Assembly: GCF_018350175.1 (NCBI RefSeq)
Contig: NC_058368.1
Span: forward strand, 62,870,001-62,934,000
Direction: 5' to 3'
Length of the DNA: 64,000 nucleotides
DNA from: Felis catus
Lineage: Eukaryota
The first letter of the stretch is position 1; the number at the start of each line of letters is the position of its first letter. Shown in pieces: positions 27,013 through 40,430 of this stretch. Made by a program: the position numbers and the translations under genes. Below the pieces are notes generated by a model. It did not search any database. It saw only the letters and a list, made by a program, of their open reading frames with translations, and was not told where the DNA came from.

Positions 27013-27749
27013 AATTTTGGGGGCTGTTTTATGTTCTTCCTTGCTGATTTTTCTTGGCACAAGTATTTTGAATCCTTTCTAGTCCCCACTTGGACTGTCT
27101 ACAGTGCAACCTTGACCATGTCACTTCAAGTATTTAATCTAGTGATTCCTGTATGGTTATAGTAGAAAGTTTAAACTTTTTAATGTGGCCTGAGAAGTGT
27201 TTCATATGCTTTTCACTCTGAACGTAGCTTGTCAGGAACTTTCTACAACCTTGGTGAAAATGAGATAGCCCAGCAGTGGTGAATCTTCAGGCTTCCAGGG
27301 TTCTGGCCAAAATGGCCAAATCACTTTTTTTTTTTTTTTTTTTTTTTTTGACCACCTAAAGGAAGAACATATGGTTTTTTGCAGGTCTCTCCTTATAGAG
27401 TGGGGGAGGGAGAGCATGGTGTGTTTTTTTTTTTCTTTTTTTTTTTTTTTAATGGAAGCCACATTCCTTATGTTCCCAGTAGAATGGCTCTTAAGTTTCA
27501 TTGATCAGGACTGGGAAGTATACTCACTCCAAAACCAGTTACTGGAAGTGATTAGTTTAAACACTAAACTGTGATCAGTTTTGACTCATTGATTTACTGG
27601 AGCTCTAGAGAAGCCTTCCTCTCCTGAATATATTGCCACCTCCACAAAATTGGGGTTGAATCTATTTGTCAATAATGAGGAATGGATGCTGGTATGCAAA
27701 TAATGGTGTTTCCCAAATCCTCTTAAACTTCGTGAAGGCTTGCCAACTG

Positions 27750-28200
27750 GCTCATCTGTCCTCAGTTCTCTCCCCTTTGTTGTGTTTCTCCTCTTCCATT
27801 CCTTCAGATCTACAATGTCCAGTGTTCTCATTTTAAGCATTCTCAAATGTAAAGCAAATATGGAGGTCTTCAATTGCATATCACTACTCAATTTTGAATA
27901 AGCACATCTTGGGTATTAACTCTAATGAACAAGAGAAAAGATCATTATAAACTTGTCTGTCCCATCACATTAAAACTTGGAACATATAGGTTACTGTCAA
28001 AACTATACCTGCTGTATCTATATATGTATATACTTTTCTACATCCCACTTCTACTGCTGCATTGACAGCTGCCAGATTGTCTCTAAATAGTCTTCTCTGA
28101 CTTTACTGGCGTTTGGTCTCCCTACTCCATGCTTTCAAAACACACTGGACATATTTTTGTCATTGTCAAAATGACCTTCATAAAATCAAATGACATGTAC
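27750..28200. mobile_element. L2-like fragment
   Basis: Pyrimidine-rich L2 3'-like motifs (aaacttgga, aaatagtcttct, aaaatcaaatgacatg). Confidence 0.4.
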
Positions 28201-29712
28201 TGTCCTAGGATACAGTTCTGTTAATTTTGAAAATGTAATATAAAAGTTTTGACATTTATATAAACTGTGCATTAGCTCCAGCTCTCTTGACTGCACAACT
28301 TAACCAAAAACATCTGTTACTTTTTGTTAGAATTTTGTTCATCTGTGTTGCCTAAACACAAACTGTATACCAGTATTTGCCAATGCTAAAAATAGTGATT
28401 TGAAAAGGATTGTTGACTAATTCATGTCTCTCCCATTAAGAACATTAAACTCATTTTTATGCTAGCTGTACCAGGTTATTGCAATCCTAACAGTAGAGGT
28501 AAGCTGTTGTAAGCGTTGATTTGTTAATGGCTATTACTAGAATTCCTTACCCTATATACCAGAATTTCTCCTCCTATTTTTTCAGGTGTTGTAGATCTTT
28601 TTTGAAATGTAACAAGATAATTATACTAAATATAAAATTGATTAAGAATAAAAGTACACACTACATAGTACAACATAACATGAATATGTCAAGACATATT
28701 GTCACCACTCTATACATACTAGCTTATTTGATTTTCATACAACACTCTCAAACTAGGTATTATTCACATTTTAAAGAGAACTGAGGCAACTTATCTGAAG
28801 ACCTACAAATCAGTTTAATCAGGATTCAAACCAGAGAATAATAAATGCCTCAAGAACTAAGTTATATATTTTTCCCCCTGCCCCCCCCCAAAACCCATGA
28901 AAAAAATCTGTGTCCCCCAAATAAAGAATGGGAAGCTTGGAAGACAACACCTTTCTCTCTTGAACTTTGGTACTTAATAAAGGCAATTTATTTGATCCTT
29001 CCAAATTCATATACCTTCAGTGACTCCATATTACTTTGAAGTTAAAATGTAAATTCTTAAAAGGCATTCAAGATGACCTATAATATGACCCCATCCAACT
29101 TTCTCACAATTATCTCCAGTTGTATTTTTTAGGGTAATGTGAAGTAAAATGAAGCATATACTTTAGCTTTTGATCTGAGGTGAATTATAAACTGTTCCCT
29201 AGTTCTGTTATACTGATTATCTCCAGCTTTATCCCCACCATGTTCTCATCTGTGAAGGAAAATGATCCCTACTACATCTTGGGTAACTGGGAAGGTTATA
29301 TACAAGAACTTCATTCTTTTCCTGATCCCTTCCAAGCAATTGATGCCAAGCAGTATTCTTGAGGCAGAGTGCACTTTCATCATTTAGGCCCCATTTCTAA
29401 GATCACTAATCTATCTCCCATAGTGTCCCCTAAAGCACTCTGGCAACCTCTTAATGTCATAGATCTCTTAATAAGCGCTGCTGTCTTTTATCTGAACTGC
29501 TAAAGGACAATGACTTGTCCTAGGTCTCTATAAATCTTTAACTTGTCTTACTGCCAAACTTTTCACTTTTTTTTTGTTAATATATACTGTAATCCTAGAG
29601 GTCTGCATATTGAATGATTGAACTGTTAAGCATGCTGACAATGATAAATTGACAGCGTTTTGCTTCTTGTACATCTTTTGTTATATTCTTGCCTTTAAAA
29701 TACATCAAATTT

Positions 29713-29905
29713 GGGGCATATGAGTGGCTAGTTTGGTTAAGTGTCTGACTTGATTTTGGCTCAGGTCATGATCTCCTGGCTCATGGGATTAGGTCCTGCG
29801 TCAAGATCTACACTGACAACATGGAGTCTGCTTGAGATTCTCGCCCTTCCCCCACTACCCCCAACTCATGCTCAGTCCCCCCCCCCCAAAAAAAAAACCT
29901 TAAAC
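29713..29905 (+). mobile_element. CanSINE (older)
   Basis: ggggcatatgagtggct...ggctcaggtcatgatctc. Confidence 0.88.
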
Positions 29906-30541
29906 AAAATTTGCACTCTTGTTTACCAGGTAATTATAGGTGGGAGTGGGGGGCCTACTTCATATTTGGGGGAGAAAATTAGCCCAGTCCCTCTGAATCA
30001 CTTGCCTAATGTTTCAGTATAAATCCTTTAATTCTGCATAACAGACCAATACTAAAAAGTACATATCAAATAACCCTTATTTGCAGGCATGGTTCTGAAA
30101 TATTAGACTGTTAAAAAATCATGCAGGTTAGAATAAGATATGGCTTTTCTCTGAAATTTTAGCTAATGTAATCAGTCTTATCACTAAAAGACTAAGTCTG
30201 AAAGTGTAACTGAAAATTGTAGAATCTCAAATCTAAAAGTATCCTAAAAGAACTGGTATTCTAAACAAGTAAGCAGGTTCATTTTTCTTTCAAAAGGTTT
30301 ATGGCTATAGAAAAATAGGCCTTTGTCATAGACTCTAATGTTCAAGGTGAGCTGACAGGACCTTCGAGGCCATCAGGAGGAACCTGAGAAGGACAGGTGT
30401 CAATATACCTGTACTTCATGATTTTTTTAGTCCCTTCTTGCCTCGGATGCTTCTTGTATTTCTTAGGTTCTTGCCCTAATTAGGTCAGGAACCATCAATC
30501 GACTTATGACTATTCATGTATGAATAAAAAAAGGCAGTGGT

Positions 30542-30766
30542 GGGGCGCCTGGGTGGCGCAGTCGGTTAAGCGTCCGACTTCAGCCAGGTCACGATCTCGC
30601 GGTCCTTGAGTTCGAGCCCCGCGTCGGGCTCTGGGCTGATGGCTCGGAGCCTGGAGCCTATTTCCGATTCTGTGTCTCCCTCTCTCTCTGCCCCTCCCCC
30701 GCTCATGCTCTGTCTCTCTCTGTCCCAAAAATAAATAAAAACGTTGAAAAAAAAAATTAAAAAAAA
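30542..30766 (+). mobile_element. Young SINEC_Fc-type SINE with TSD
   Basis: ggggcgcctgggtggcgcagtcgg...; TSD aaaaaaaggcagtggt at 30526-30541 and ending 30782. Confidence 0.98.
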
Positions 30767-31136
30767 AAAAAAAGGCAGTGGTTTTGGGGGTCAAGTTTAT
30801 TCTGACCTCAAGATCTCAAGATAGACACTAATCTGAGATGCCTATAAATACTTCATCTCTATCTGTAAAGATGCTGTTCTGAATCTCATGTTTTGAAAAT
30901 TGGTAAATTGGACCATAGAACTTGGAAAACATCAAGAACCTCCTTCTTACTTTACTAACAGCAACTTAAAACTTATGAAGTGTTACTTTGCCATTTATTT
31001 AGGTCGAAGAAAAACCACTTATTATCTAACCTAGAAGAGTCACCTTGTATCTCTTTTTCTTGCAATCTTTGAAATTCCTGAGAGGTATGGCTGTCCATGA
31101 TCTAAAGCACCTTCCTAATGGAAGGAATGTGCATTT

Positions 31137-31349
31137 AAAAATTTTTTTTTCAACGTTTATTTTTGGGACAGAGAGAGACAGAGCATGAACGGGGGAGGGG
31201 CAGAGAGAGAGGGAGACACAGAATCGGAAACTGGCTCCAGGCTCTGAGCCATCAGCCCAGAGCCTGACGCGGGGCTCGAACTCCCGGACCGCGAGATTGT
31301 GACCTGGCTGAAGTCGGACGCTTAACCGACTGCGCCACCCAGGCGTCCC
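31137..31349 (-). mobile_element. Young SINEC_Fc-type SINE with TSD
   Basis: TSD aggaatgtgcattt at 31123-31136 and 31350-31363. Confidence 0.98.
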
Positions 31350-32939
31350 AGGAATGTGCATTTTAAACGAACAAGAGAGGAGACCGAATTTGAGAAGGGT
31401 GAGAAGATTGGAGAGTTCCCAGGCAAAAGCCTACAGGCCAAAAAGGATTATTTGCTTAAAGCCTCTCTCTAGACCTCTCCGAGTTCTTCCTCAAATGCTC
31501 AGAATCCAGTCCTCATGTGTCATGGTAGTGTTGGTAGTCTCCATGCCCAGAAGTTTTACCTGCAAAGACTGTGAATTCTGGTCATTGAGAAACACTGACT
31601 ACAGAGGAGCCAGGGCAGGTGAGAGCCCCAAAGACCTACATCCTGCCCATTTGGCCTCAAGTTTTGAGTTGCCTGGTATGTGAGACCTCAGGGGAGTTTG
31701 TGCCAATTCTACCCTTTATGGAATTGATGCTTGGCTCCTTTCTTCTTAACTGTTTGCATCATTTTTCTTACTAAGTGAATTTTCTACCTATATATACAGA
31801 TATGTATATTATACATATGTATAGTCATAAGATATAAAGGAAAGTTTAATTTCTAAATTTTAAAATGGTATCTGACTTGCAAATGATTATGCACATCAGT
31901 TAAAGATACGATGTCAAGGTGACTTGTGATTGCCTGCCATAGTTAAGATTTACACAAGAGGCCAGTGATTTTCTGCAATGTGTCCCCACTGCTCATAGGG
32001 GAGGAATGGTGTCCTCTGTCATGTGGTAAGACCCAGAGGAGGCTGAGAATACTTAGTGCATGACCAAAATTAATGCAAGGTTTTCCCAGTCACCTGGTTG
32101 GGGGGTGAACTCTAGGGGGAGGTAACTTTATACTTTAGTGAACAATGGCATTTCTGAGGGAGAGAGGACTGTGATTACAATAAGTCAAGCAATAAGGTCC
32201 ATGGCTATTGCTGTGTAGGGGCTTTCAATAAATAGAAATCATTTTGAAGACTAAAAGAGAAGTCCACATAGAGGCTATTTGATACTAGCCCTTTACTGTT
32301 GGCTTACAGCCCTTCAGGCTGCTCCCAAGGTTCTGTGATCTCGTTACAGATCCCTTGTGCTACCTCTCTGTGCTTCCTGCAAAGCAGAATCTGTGAAATG
32401 CCCAATGAGGACTATTTTACAAGGAAAACTGAGTGTGCTCATTTGAGACTGCATCAATCGTTAGGTTTTATTTTTCTGCACACTGTTGACAGAATTTATA
32501 GGAAAAGAGAACTAAAAATACAGGGGAGGGACACTAAAGCTGAGGTTCTCCTCTACCTTACTTTATCAGACTGTAACAGGAGCCATGAATATTTACCCTG
32601 ACTCGTTTTATATGTGGCTTCATACCTCCCACGTTATACTCAGGCAACAGTGCTCTTGTCTGTTCTTGGAACACACTAAGGCCTGGTCATCCACATGTTC
32701 CCCTCTTCCAGGAATGCTCACAGGAGTGACTTCATCTTCCTAAATTCAGTTCATTATTTTGGCATTAGCTTAATTGATGCTTCTCCAGAGAAATCTGTTC
32801 GACATCCATCCCCAAACCTATTATAAGCTACCCATCACACTCTTTCATACTTGATATTAAATTTTGTAGCTATGTTTTTGCTTTGACTAGATCATCAGTC
32901 TTACTAATGGACTGGAAGATGATCTGATGTTAGGTTCGC

Positions 32940-33100
32940 AGGAAGTTATCAGGGGTCTTTACAAAAATTCATGCCAATTCTAGTTACTTAATCCTGATTC
33001 TGGATAATCAGATGTGATTATGTTGAGACGGGTCTGGCTCTCAAGTATTTAAGAGCTTTCCAGAGGATTCTGATATGTGGTTAAAGCTGAGAGTCTATAG
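32940..33100. mobile_element. MER5-like DNA transposon
   Basis: tatttaagagctttccagaggattctgatatgtggttaaagctgaga. Confidence 0.6.
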
Positions 33101-33384
33101 TCTTTGGGACAAGAGGCTTTGAGGTTAAGGACTGTATCTCTTTAGTTTTCTATCCCCTGTAGAGTGCCTACCACATACCAGAAAATCTCAAACAAGAAAA
33201 GCATTCTGACATTGAGTAGCTCAAGGATGTCCTTCAGAATGGGCATATTGTCCAGTTATGATTGATAGGCTTATGGGTATTTGTCCTAAAGTAAGGGTGG
33301 GAAGATCATTTTGACGGAAATCAAGGGATATTCAGAGCAAGATGGTCTGAGGGGGTTCAAGACATAGGGTTTCCAGATATAGGT

Positions 33385-33560
33385 ACAGATGGCTGAAATC
33401 TTCAACCACTCACTAGCTGTGTAACCTCTGGCAAATTTTTACCTTGTCTGTGCCTCTTTCCCCCATGTGAAAAAATGGCTATGATCCCTACCTCAGTGTT
33501 GTGAAAATCCAATAAATGAGTGGGAGTATACAGTAAATGCTAAGCAGTTGCTGATTATTG
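33385..33560 (+). mobile_element. MIR
   Basis: ccactcactagctgtgtaacctctggcaaa...tgtgcctc...tgtgaaaaaatgg core. Confidence 0.8.
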
Positions 33561-36500
33561 GGTGTCCTTATCAAGCAGCTGGGTATCTTCCTCTGGGTTT
33601 ATAAGTAGTGTTTTCAAAGGGCATGACAAAACCTATCTGCTTCTATTGCTCTGAAAGATGAGTGGTTGTATCAACATTTTGAAAACGCTCTGAACACTGG
33701 TAAAGTCTGAGGTCATGGTTGTACATCAGAATACTGGAATGAGGCCCAGACACACAATTCATGAAAGCACTGAGAATTTCCAAGGAAACCCTTAGATTTA
33801 TTCTTTTCCTTTGCTTTCTGTGTTCTGCTGACATAAATTTTTCTTCATGATGTAAATTTACCTGAGTAAACACATATGAAAGTTAGTGAAATACAAAAAA
33901 AGCCGAAAAGAGGCTTGGGACTAACGGAGGTTTGAAAAGAATAATAATAATGAAAAAAAGACTCCAGAATTCTATGAGGACAATATTGAGAGATATTATA
34001 AACACCAAAGCTCTCAAAGCCCATTTGTGAGGATATTCTGGTTATTAATCTCATCCTTTCAAATGTACGTTGCCAAGGACTGCAAATTTATAAAACAGAT
34101 CTAAATAATGTATTGGTGTCCTTCATTTTCCTTTCTGAAGGAACCTGTTGGAGAAGCTATCCAGCAGCTTGAAACTTCTTAAACATATACTCTGGTTCTA
34201 TAGACGACTTTTGTTCAAACTCCTTCTCTTGATGCTCAGGAGAACATAACCAAGGCCAGGATTGCTGACAGTGATGAATTTTTCTCAAAGCATGCTTGAG
34301 AATGTGGCCCTCTATGGCCCATAATTACTGCCACTGTTATATACTAACAAGGGGAATTGGTGCATTCGAAAGGCTGCCTTTTTTCAGTCCACAATTCTTA
34401 ACACCATTTTTGCTGCAATGAGTGCTCACTTTCCAATAGAACGGAATGGTGTAAGTCACAAGGATGAGTCTGGTCTTCACAGTGTATTAGTTCTAATTTG
34501 GGAGTATAATTAGAAATGCTGCTGGGGAAGGTCATATTTCAGAAATAATGATGCTAAATCTCTTCTGGAAAGGTCTTCAAGCCAGAGACTTTTCCTCCAG
34601 ACATAGCTAACTGGTAATTCTTTACCATCATTACAAATACATGAACATTGCCAGGGTAACACAAAAGTTTCAAAGCTGTTGGCATCAAGAATTTTAAGTA
34701 CTTCCATTCTATTGTAAAACATAAAGGCGATGAATGTCAGCTCTTTAATTTTTAGTTTCAACAAAACTGGTAGAAGCAGGGTAACAAAGCCGTGAAGTTT
34801 AGTTGGCTGTTAAAAAAGTGCCTCCTGTAACTTGGAATTCAATTAAATAGACAGCCAATCCTTAGACCAGTGAGGCTTTCTATTGGGCAGGAATGTCAAC
34901 AGAAACCTAAGGCATGTGCTTCACTTAAATCTGAAATCCTTCTGAAAAGCATCTTCTCCATATTCCCATTCAATGCCTATTACCTCAGGTAGGCTTTTTG
35001 TCTGTCAAAGAGAAGTCTGATCAAAAAATTGCTTAATTACTTTCTGAATGGAGAAAATGTTTTCTTTGAACGTTTTAGAACACAAGGATTGGCTTAATCC
35101 AGGTTCCATTCTTCCTCTCAAAATTGCCAGGAAACTGAGGACCGTAAGGTTTTTCATACACTCAGAACATTCACACACCACACACAGCTTAATTGCAGCA
35201 ACATAAACTACTTTAGTGGGTCGTGGGTCGTTTTGAGTCGTAAACAGGTGGCAACTGATCAGTTTGATCTAAACTGAGAACTGTTTGTGCTAGCTTAGTA
35301 ACTAGTCATTTTAGTTAGGTATCTAGACATTGATTCAGCAGATTTTATCAGCACAACTGTTGTGTGACGACTGTGACCATCATAGTAGCATTGCAATTTT
35401 GAAAACCAAGGTAAAGGACCTTAGTCCAAATTTTAGCTGCTTATATTTGCAAACTACTTGATAAAATTTCTTCAATACATAACGTTAAATTCTCCAATAG
35501 TAACTCTGCTAAATCATAACCTATTTTGACTTTCTCTAACACTTTGGTTTTAGAAACCCTAACATGTTCATTGAAGGAATATAGTGAACAAATTCAGACA
35601 ATAGTCCTTATCCTTCCCCCAGAAACACCCAAATGGCTTTTACAGAATGCCGTTTAATACCATCCCATGACGTATTTTAACTTTCTCTGTAAAAATAGTG
35701 ATTCCAGTTCTGGAAATGTAGCATTTGTCATTATTCAGGATACAGACTCCCTTAATAGTTGCCTGAAGGAAGTCTCCATGTTATGCAAAATATGAACTCA
35801 GTGTGTAGTTTTGGAAGTGAGAATGGCCCACAGGCTTTGATCTATACTTAAAAGCCTATAAGAATAAGAACAATTTAGCAGTAGCTTTCTTAGATTGGCA
35901 TCTCCAAGATCGTACTGGTAATGTTTTTCACTGCATAACTGACTGGAATGGGTCAAAGGACAAAAGCCTATTAGAAGGGCTGTAATGGCTTAGATTTAGA
36001 ATGACACCATATCTGACAATTTCTTTGGAAACCCATTGAGTGGATAGAAGTAGGGTTCTGATTTTTCTCTTAGGCACTCAGAGTTGCCTGAAAAAAGTAC
36101 TACTTTAAAGTTCATTGTGGCTGTCTACATCACTGGAAAACTTAATTTTCTAAAGCCAAATTTGGGGCAGAGAGTTCAGAGCAAAGAATAGCATGTGTAT
36201 TGCCTGGAGTCTGTTGGAAGCCTAAATTACAGATTTTGAATATAAAACCATCTTGTTTCAAATAAAACTGGATGTTTTTGATGCTCTAAACCTTGAAATG
36301 AAAATAGCTATTCTTTTAGTTTGAATTAGAATTGAAAGAGAATAGGGAGGGGGAAAAACTTATCAATGGTAAACTATAAAAGTGAGAACAGTCAACATCA
36401 TAGGATTTTTTTTTTTTTCAGACAGCCATCATTTGTCATCAGTTACTCTATTTTCTGAATTTTACAGGCTTTTTCCCTGGTATTCCAGCCTATATATACA

Positions 36501-37284
36501 TTCCTTACAATGCTAGGTGATAATAGAAATGAAGTTTATTTTGACTTTCATTTCTCTATTTGATCTATGATAACCTCAGGGGAAATGGTAACAATATGGC
36601 TTTTAAATTTTTAGGAAAAAGCACATCCGATTCTATTTTAGAAAAGCTGATCCAGTTGACAGTTGATATTACATGTGACAACGCAAACTCCAATATAAAC
36701 TGCCAGAGCTAGAATAGACCGTTTTCTATGCTTTTCTCCTCCCTTTGCTTTAAAGTGAAAACTTTTGTCTGAAGGTAAAGCCCCCATATTTAGGCTTTGT
36801 GTGCAGAAGTTGTTTTTAGCAAGTGTAAGTTTCCCTCAGAATGGATGGCTACTTTGAGAAATGGAAAAAGGTGATGTGTGAGTGTGTGCGTGCCTGCGTG
36901 CATGTGTAGTACGGCTTGGAAGGCCAGCTCCTCTGTAGTAGAATTTCTGTAGCTATCCTACTTTGAGGTAGACAGATCTTCCTCAGACCTTGATAATCCC
37001 CTAGGTCTTGGCCTTTGGGGATAGAGGCTGGGGGAAGCCTAAGACCAGAAAAGGAGCAATTGTCAGTTCTGTCCCTTGTCAAGGCTGGACTAGGTAATCC
37101 CACTCCTCCCCCCTGGGACTGGTGAAAGGAATGACTGAATTATTGTAATAAAACTTATCCTAATTTCTGAGTAGTATTTACAGATTCATCCTGAGTATTC
37201 TGTGAACCCCAAAAGTGGCGGTCTTCTTGAAAACAAAGATATCTAATGTACTTCAGCTAATACTAATTAGTTAGAACAAAATCC

Positions 37285-37450
37285 TAAAATCTTGACTCCT
37301 CTACTTTATGAACTGGAGTGACCTGCCTCAATTTCCTTATCTGTAAAATAAAAGTGCCAATAATTACAGCTTCCTAATGTAACTGCAAGGATTCAATTAA
37401 AATACATGCAGAGGACTTGGAACAGTAAGTCACAACTTCTATTTGCTCCG
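37285..37450 (+). mobile_element. MIR
   Basis: gcctcaatttccttatctgtaaaat core. Confidence 0.7.
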
Positions 37451-37555
37451 TAACTTCTAATAATCATTACTAGAACTACAAGGCCTAGAGATTTGCACAC
37501 AGACTTAGGACAAATTTTACATGCGTGTTTGAATAGCCTTGAGATTTTGCTGTTT

Positions 37556-37750
37556 GGGGCACCTGGGTTGCTCAGCTCTGCTGCTTGAGTGTCTGACTTC
37601 GGCTCAGGTCATGATCTCAGTTTGAGTCTGAATCCCATACTGGGCTCTGTGCTGACAGCTCAGCCTGGAGACTGCTTCAGATTCTGTGTGTGTCTCCCCC
37701 TCGCCCCCTTGTGTGTGTGCATGTGTGTGCTCTCTCTCAAAAAAAAAAAA
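37556..37750 (+). mobile_element. CanSINE
   Basis: ggggcacctgggttgctcag...ggctcaggtcatgatctc, A tail. Confidence 0.9.
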
Positions 37751-39689
37751 CTCTGTTGTTGTGACCTTAGTTGGTCTTTGCATTTAGTTCCTTTAAAAAT
37801 GATCTTTGCACTTCCTGAAGTATGTAACTTATGGTACTCCAATAAAATTGTAAACATACGGAAGAATAAAAATTTTTATTTACTGCTTCATGGTCACTAA
37901 AAACCTAACATTGTTCTACATGTTTGGTGTGGTATCACTTTTTATCACTTAAAGAAAGAAAGAAAAGAAACAGGCTCTTAGAATGAGCAAAGTTCATACA
38001 CAGGTCTAGTAAATATGCTTGTAATGTTGGGATGTTTTGTTGTAGTAAATTGAAAAAATGCCATGTGGTATATGTTACTACCTCCAGCTCTTAACACTTC
38101 TAGGATTTTTTGAGAAATCATTGTTAAATTTTGTGTGTTCCTTGAACATCTACAGACCCAATCTGGAACATATGTAGTAGATATCAAGAATCTAATACAT
38201 GTTAATTAAGTGAAGATGAAAATTTCTATTTTCTTAAATACCTGAAACGGTTTATCTTCCCATATTCTCTCAGCATCTCATGATGAACTTTCTCTCCTAT
38301 AGGTCTTATCTCTTGATTTCTATATGCCCGTTACTTTGACTCTCCTCAATTTTGATGCTTCTTGCTGTAGCAGAATAGCCCCACAAAACCCTTTCCTTCA
38401 ACCTTTAATGGCATCTCCTTTCACTTACTCTCACCATGAAATCTTTCATCCTGTGGCTTCTACTCATCAAATTATTTAAAAACCTTACTTTTAATCATGA
38501 ACTTGGCTATTTCTGGTGCTGTTTGAAACTTAGTGTATATTTGAGCATAGAGCCATCCTCTCAGGGTCAATATGCTTGCTTATAACTAGGCTCTTTGTCT
38601 TCAAAACTGGATTATAATGGAGCTCGTCAGGTCTTTTTAAGGTGCTGACCATCTTCTAATCAACCAGGTTGAAAACCAGGAAGATGCTGATAACGTGCTC
38701 CAACTTGGCTAAAGACCAGATGTCCCAATTCCAATGGTTTCTTTTTGGAGCAAGTCTTGCTGATATTTCAGTCTCCTCTGGTTCCACAGTTTACCACCGA
38801 AGTAGAGAGTTTTCAACTTGCATTATGGAAAAGACCTTCTAGTTTTCCTACCTTTGGCACTTCCGCAATCTTGTGTAACCTACACATCACCCCAAAATGA
38901 TCTTTGAGACACCAGTTTTCTCATGTCACTCTAGCTCTTCTCTGTGTACAGTGCCTCTTAAGATCTTGAAAGTACCCAATAAATCCTCCCTACTCCTTCT
39001 TTTCAAATACACTTGTCCACAACATACACTCTCTGTCCAAATCAGTTTTGGAAACTTATATGTCTGGGTTCAGACTAAAATCCCTAACACTGTCCTTTCT
39101 CCACTGCCTGTGTTCATATCCTGGTCATCCTTCAAAGCCCAGGTCACACTCTTTATTATCTAGAGCCTCTGAAACAAAATTATTTCAATCCTTAATATTT
39201 TTCTTTTTCTACTTCCACACTGCATTGAGAGTGAACACTGCATAGTTAGGCACTTGTGACTTTTATAGAGAGATGGTTTATTCTGGTCAAATCATAAATT
39301 AATCAGTCAAGACTTGGGCTCTTTGGATCTTTGTATCTTTACAGTATTAGCAGAGTTTTAAACATGCCAGAGGTTCAGTACAAGCTTGCATGCTTGTTTT
39401 GAATTGAGTCCTGTTATGATTATTCAGTCCCATTATCCTGATTTATGGTGTGACTGCTATCCTATACTAACATTATTTTCAAGAGTCTGATCCTAGGTTG
39501 TATTAAGTACCATGTATTGAAAATTACAACTTGGTACTAAGTGTCAAATAGTACCAGTTTAGCTGAAGCTCATGGGTCTGTAGAAAACAACACTTTAAAA
39601 TTCTGTCTTTTTAAGAGTTCCTTCTCATCCCTTGCATGTATGCATGCATTTTAAGTGCTTTCACTGAATATGGATGAGTATAGTTCATT

Positions 39690-39885
39690 AGGGACACCTG
39701 TGTGGCTCATTTGGTTGAGCGTCTGACTCTTGATTTCAGCTCAGGTCATGACCTCGTGGTTCATGAGATCAAATCTCACATCTGGCTGTGCGCAGACAGT
39801 ATGGAGCCTACTTAGGATATCCTCTCCTCTCTCTGTGTCTGTGTCTGTGTCTGTCTGTCTCTCTCAAAATGAATATTTAAAAAAG
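39690..39885 (+). mobile_element. CanSINE
   Basis: gggacacctgtgtggctca...ttcagctcaggtcatgacctc. Confidence 0.9.
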
Positions 39886-40029
39886 TAAACCTCCTTAAAA
39901 TTTCATACAATGAACCTAAATTCATACAACAAATGCTAAAAATGGCTTTCAAAATTGCTGCCAGTGCTGTACATGGCCTATATCCTCTCTAGGGATTGTT
40001 TTATTCCTGTAATTAGGATGTTACATCAC

Positions 40030-40430
40030 AATGGACTTTAAGAAGGCCAAAGCCATATATGAGCCTGACCTAATCAGAATAGTTCTTAAAAGGGACTGGG
40101 TTCTTTGTGAAGACTGATTCTGAAGTGAGAGATTTGGGCTAAGTGTAAGGGTGAGAGGGAGATGCTTGTTGTCTTTTAAAATGAAGTGGGGCAGGGGGAC
40201 ATGGCAAGGAAGGCAATTTTATTCCTGCCTACTTGAATTCTGTCAAAACCCTGTGAGCTTGGAAAAGAACCCCTAGCTCTAGATGAGAATACAGTCCAGC
40301 CAATAACTTGACTTTTATTTTTTTAAGCTTTGGGAGACCCCAGGCAGAGGACCCATATACACACTATACTTTTGACCTACAAAATTGAGATAACAGGTGT
40401 TTCAAGGTGGTAAATAGGAATCTAACATGC
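40030..40430 (+). mobile_element. MaLR LTR (MLT1 family)
   Basis: cacatggcaagga-like motif, gcttggaaaagaaccc..ctagatgagaatacagtccagcc, gagacccaggcagaggaccca. Confidence 0.65.

Noticed and set aside
30510..31361. ORFs of 94 and 111 aa
   Set aside because: SINE-derived translations, as are those at 5060, 10481, 14709 and 37589
33643..33873. 76-aa minus ORF with an acceptor-like start
   Set aside because: No recognisable homology or partner exons
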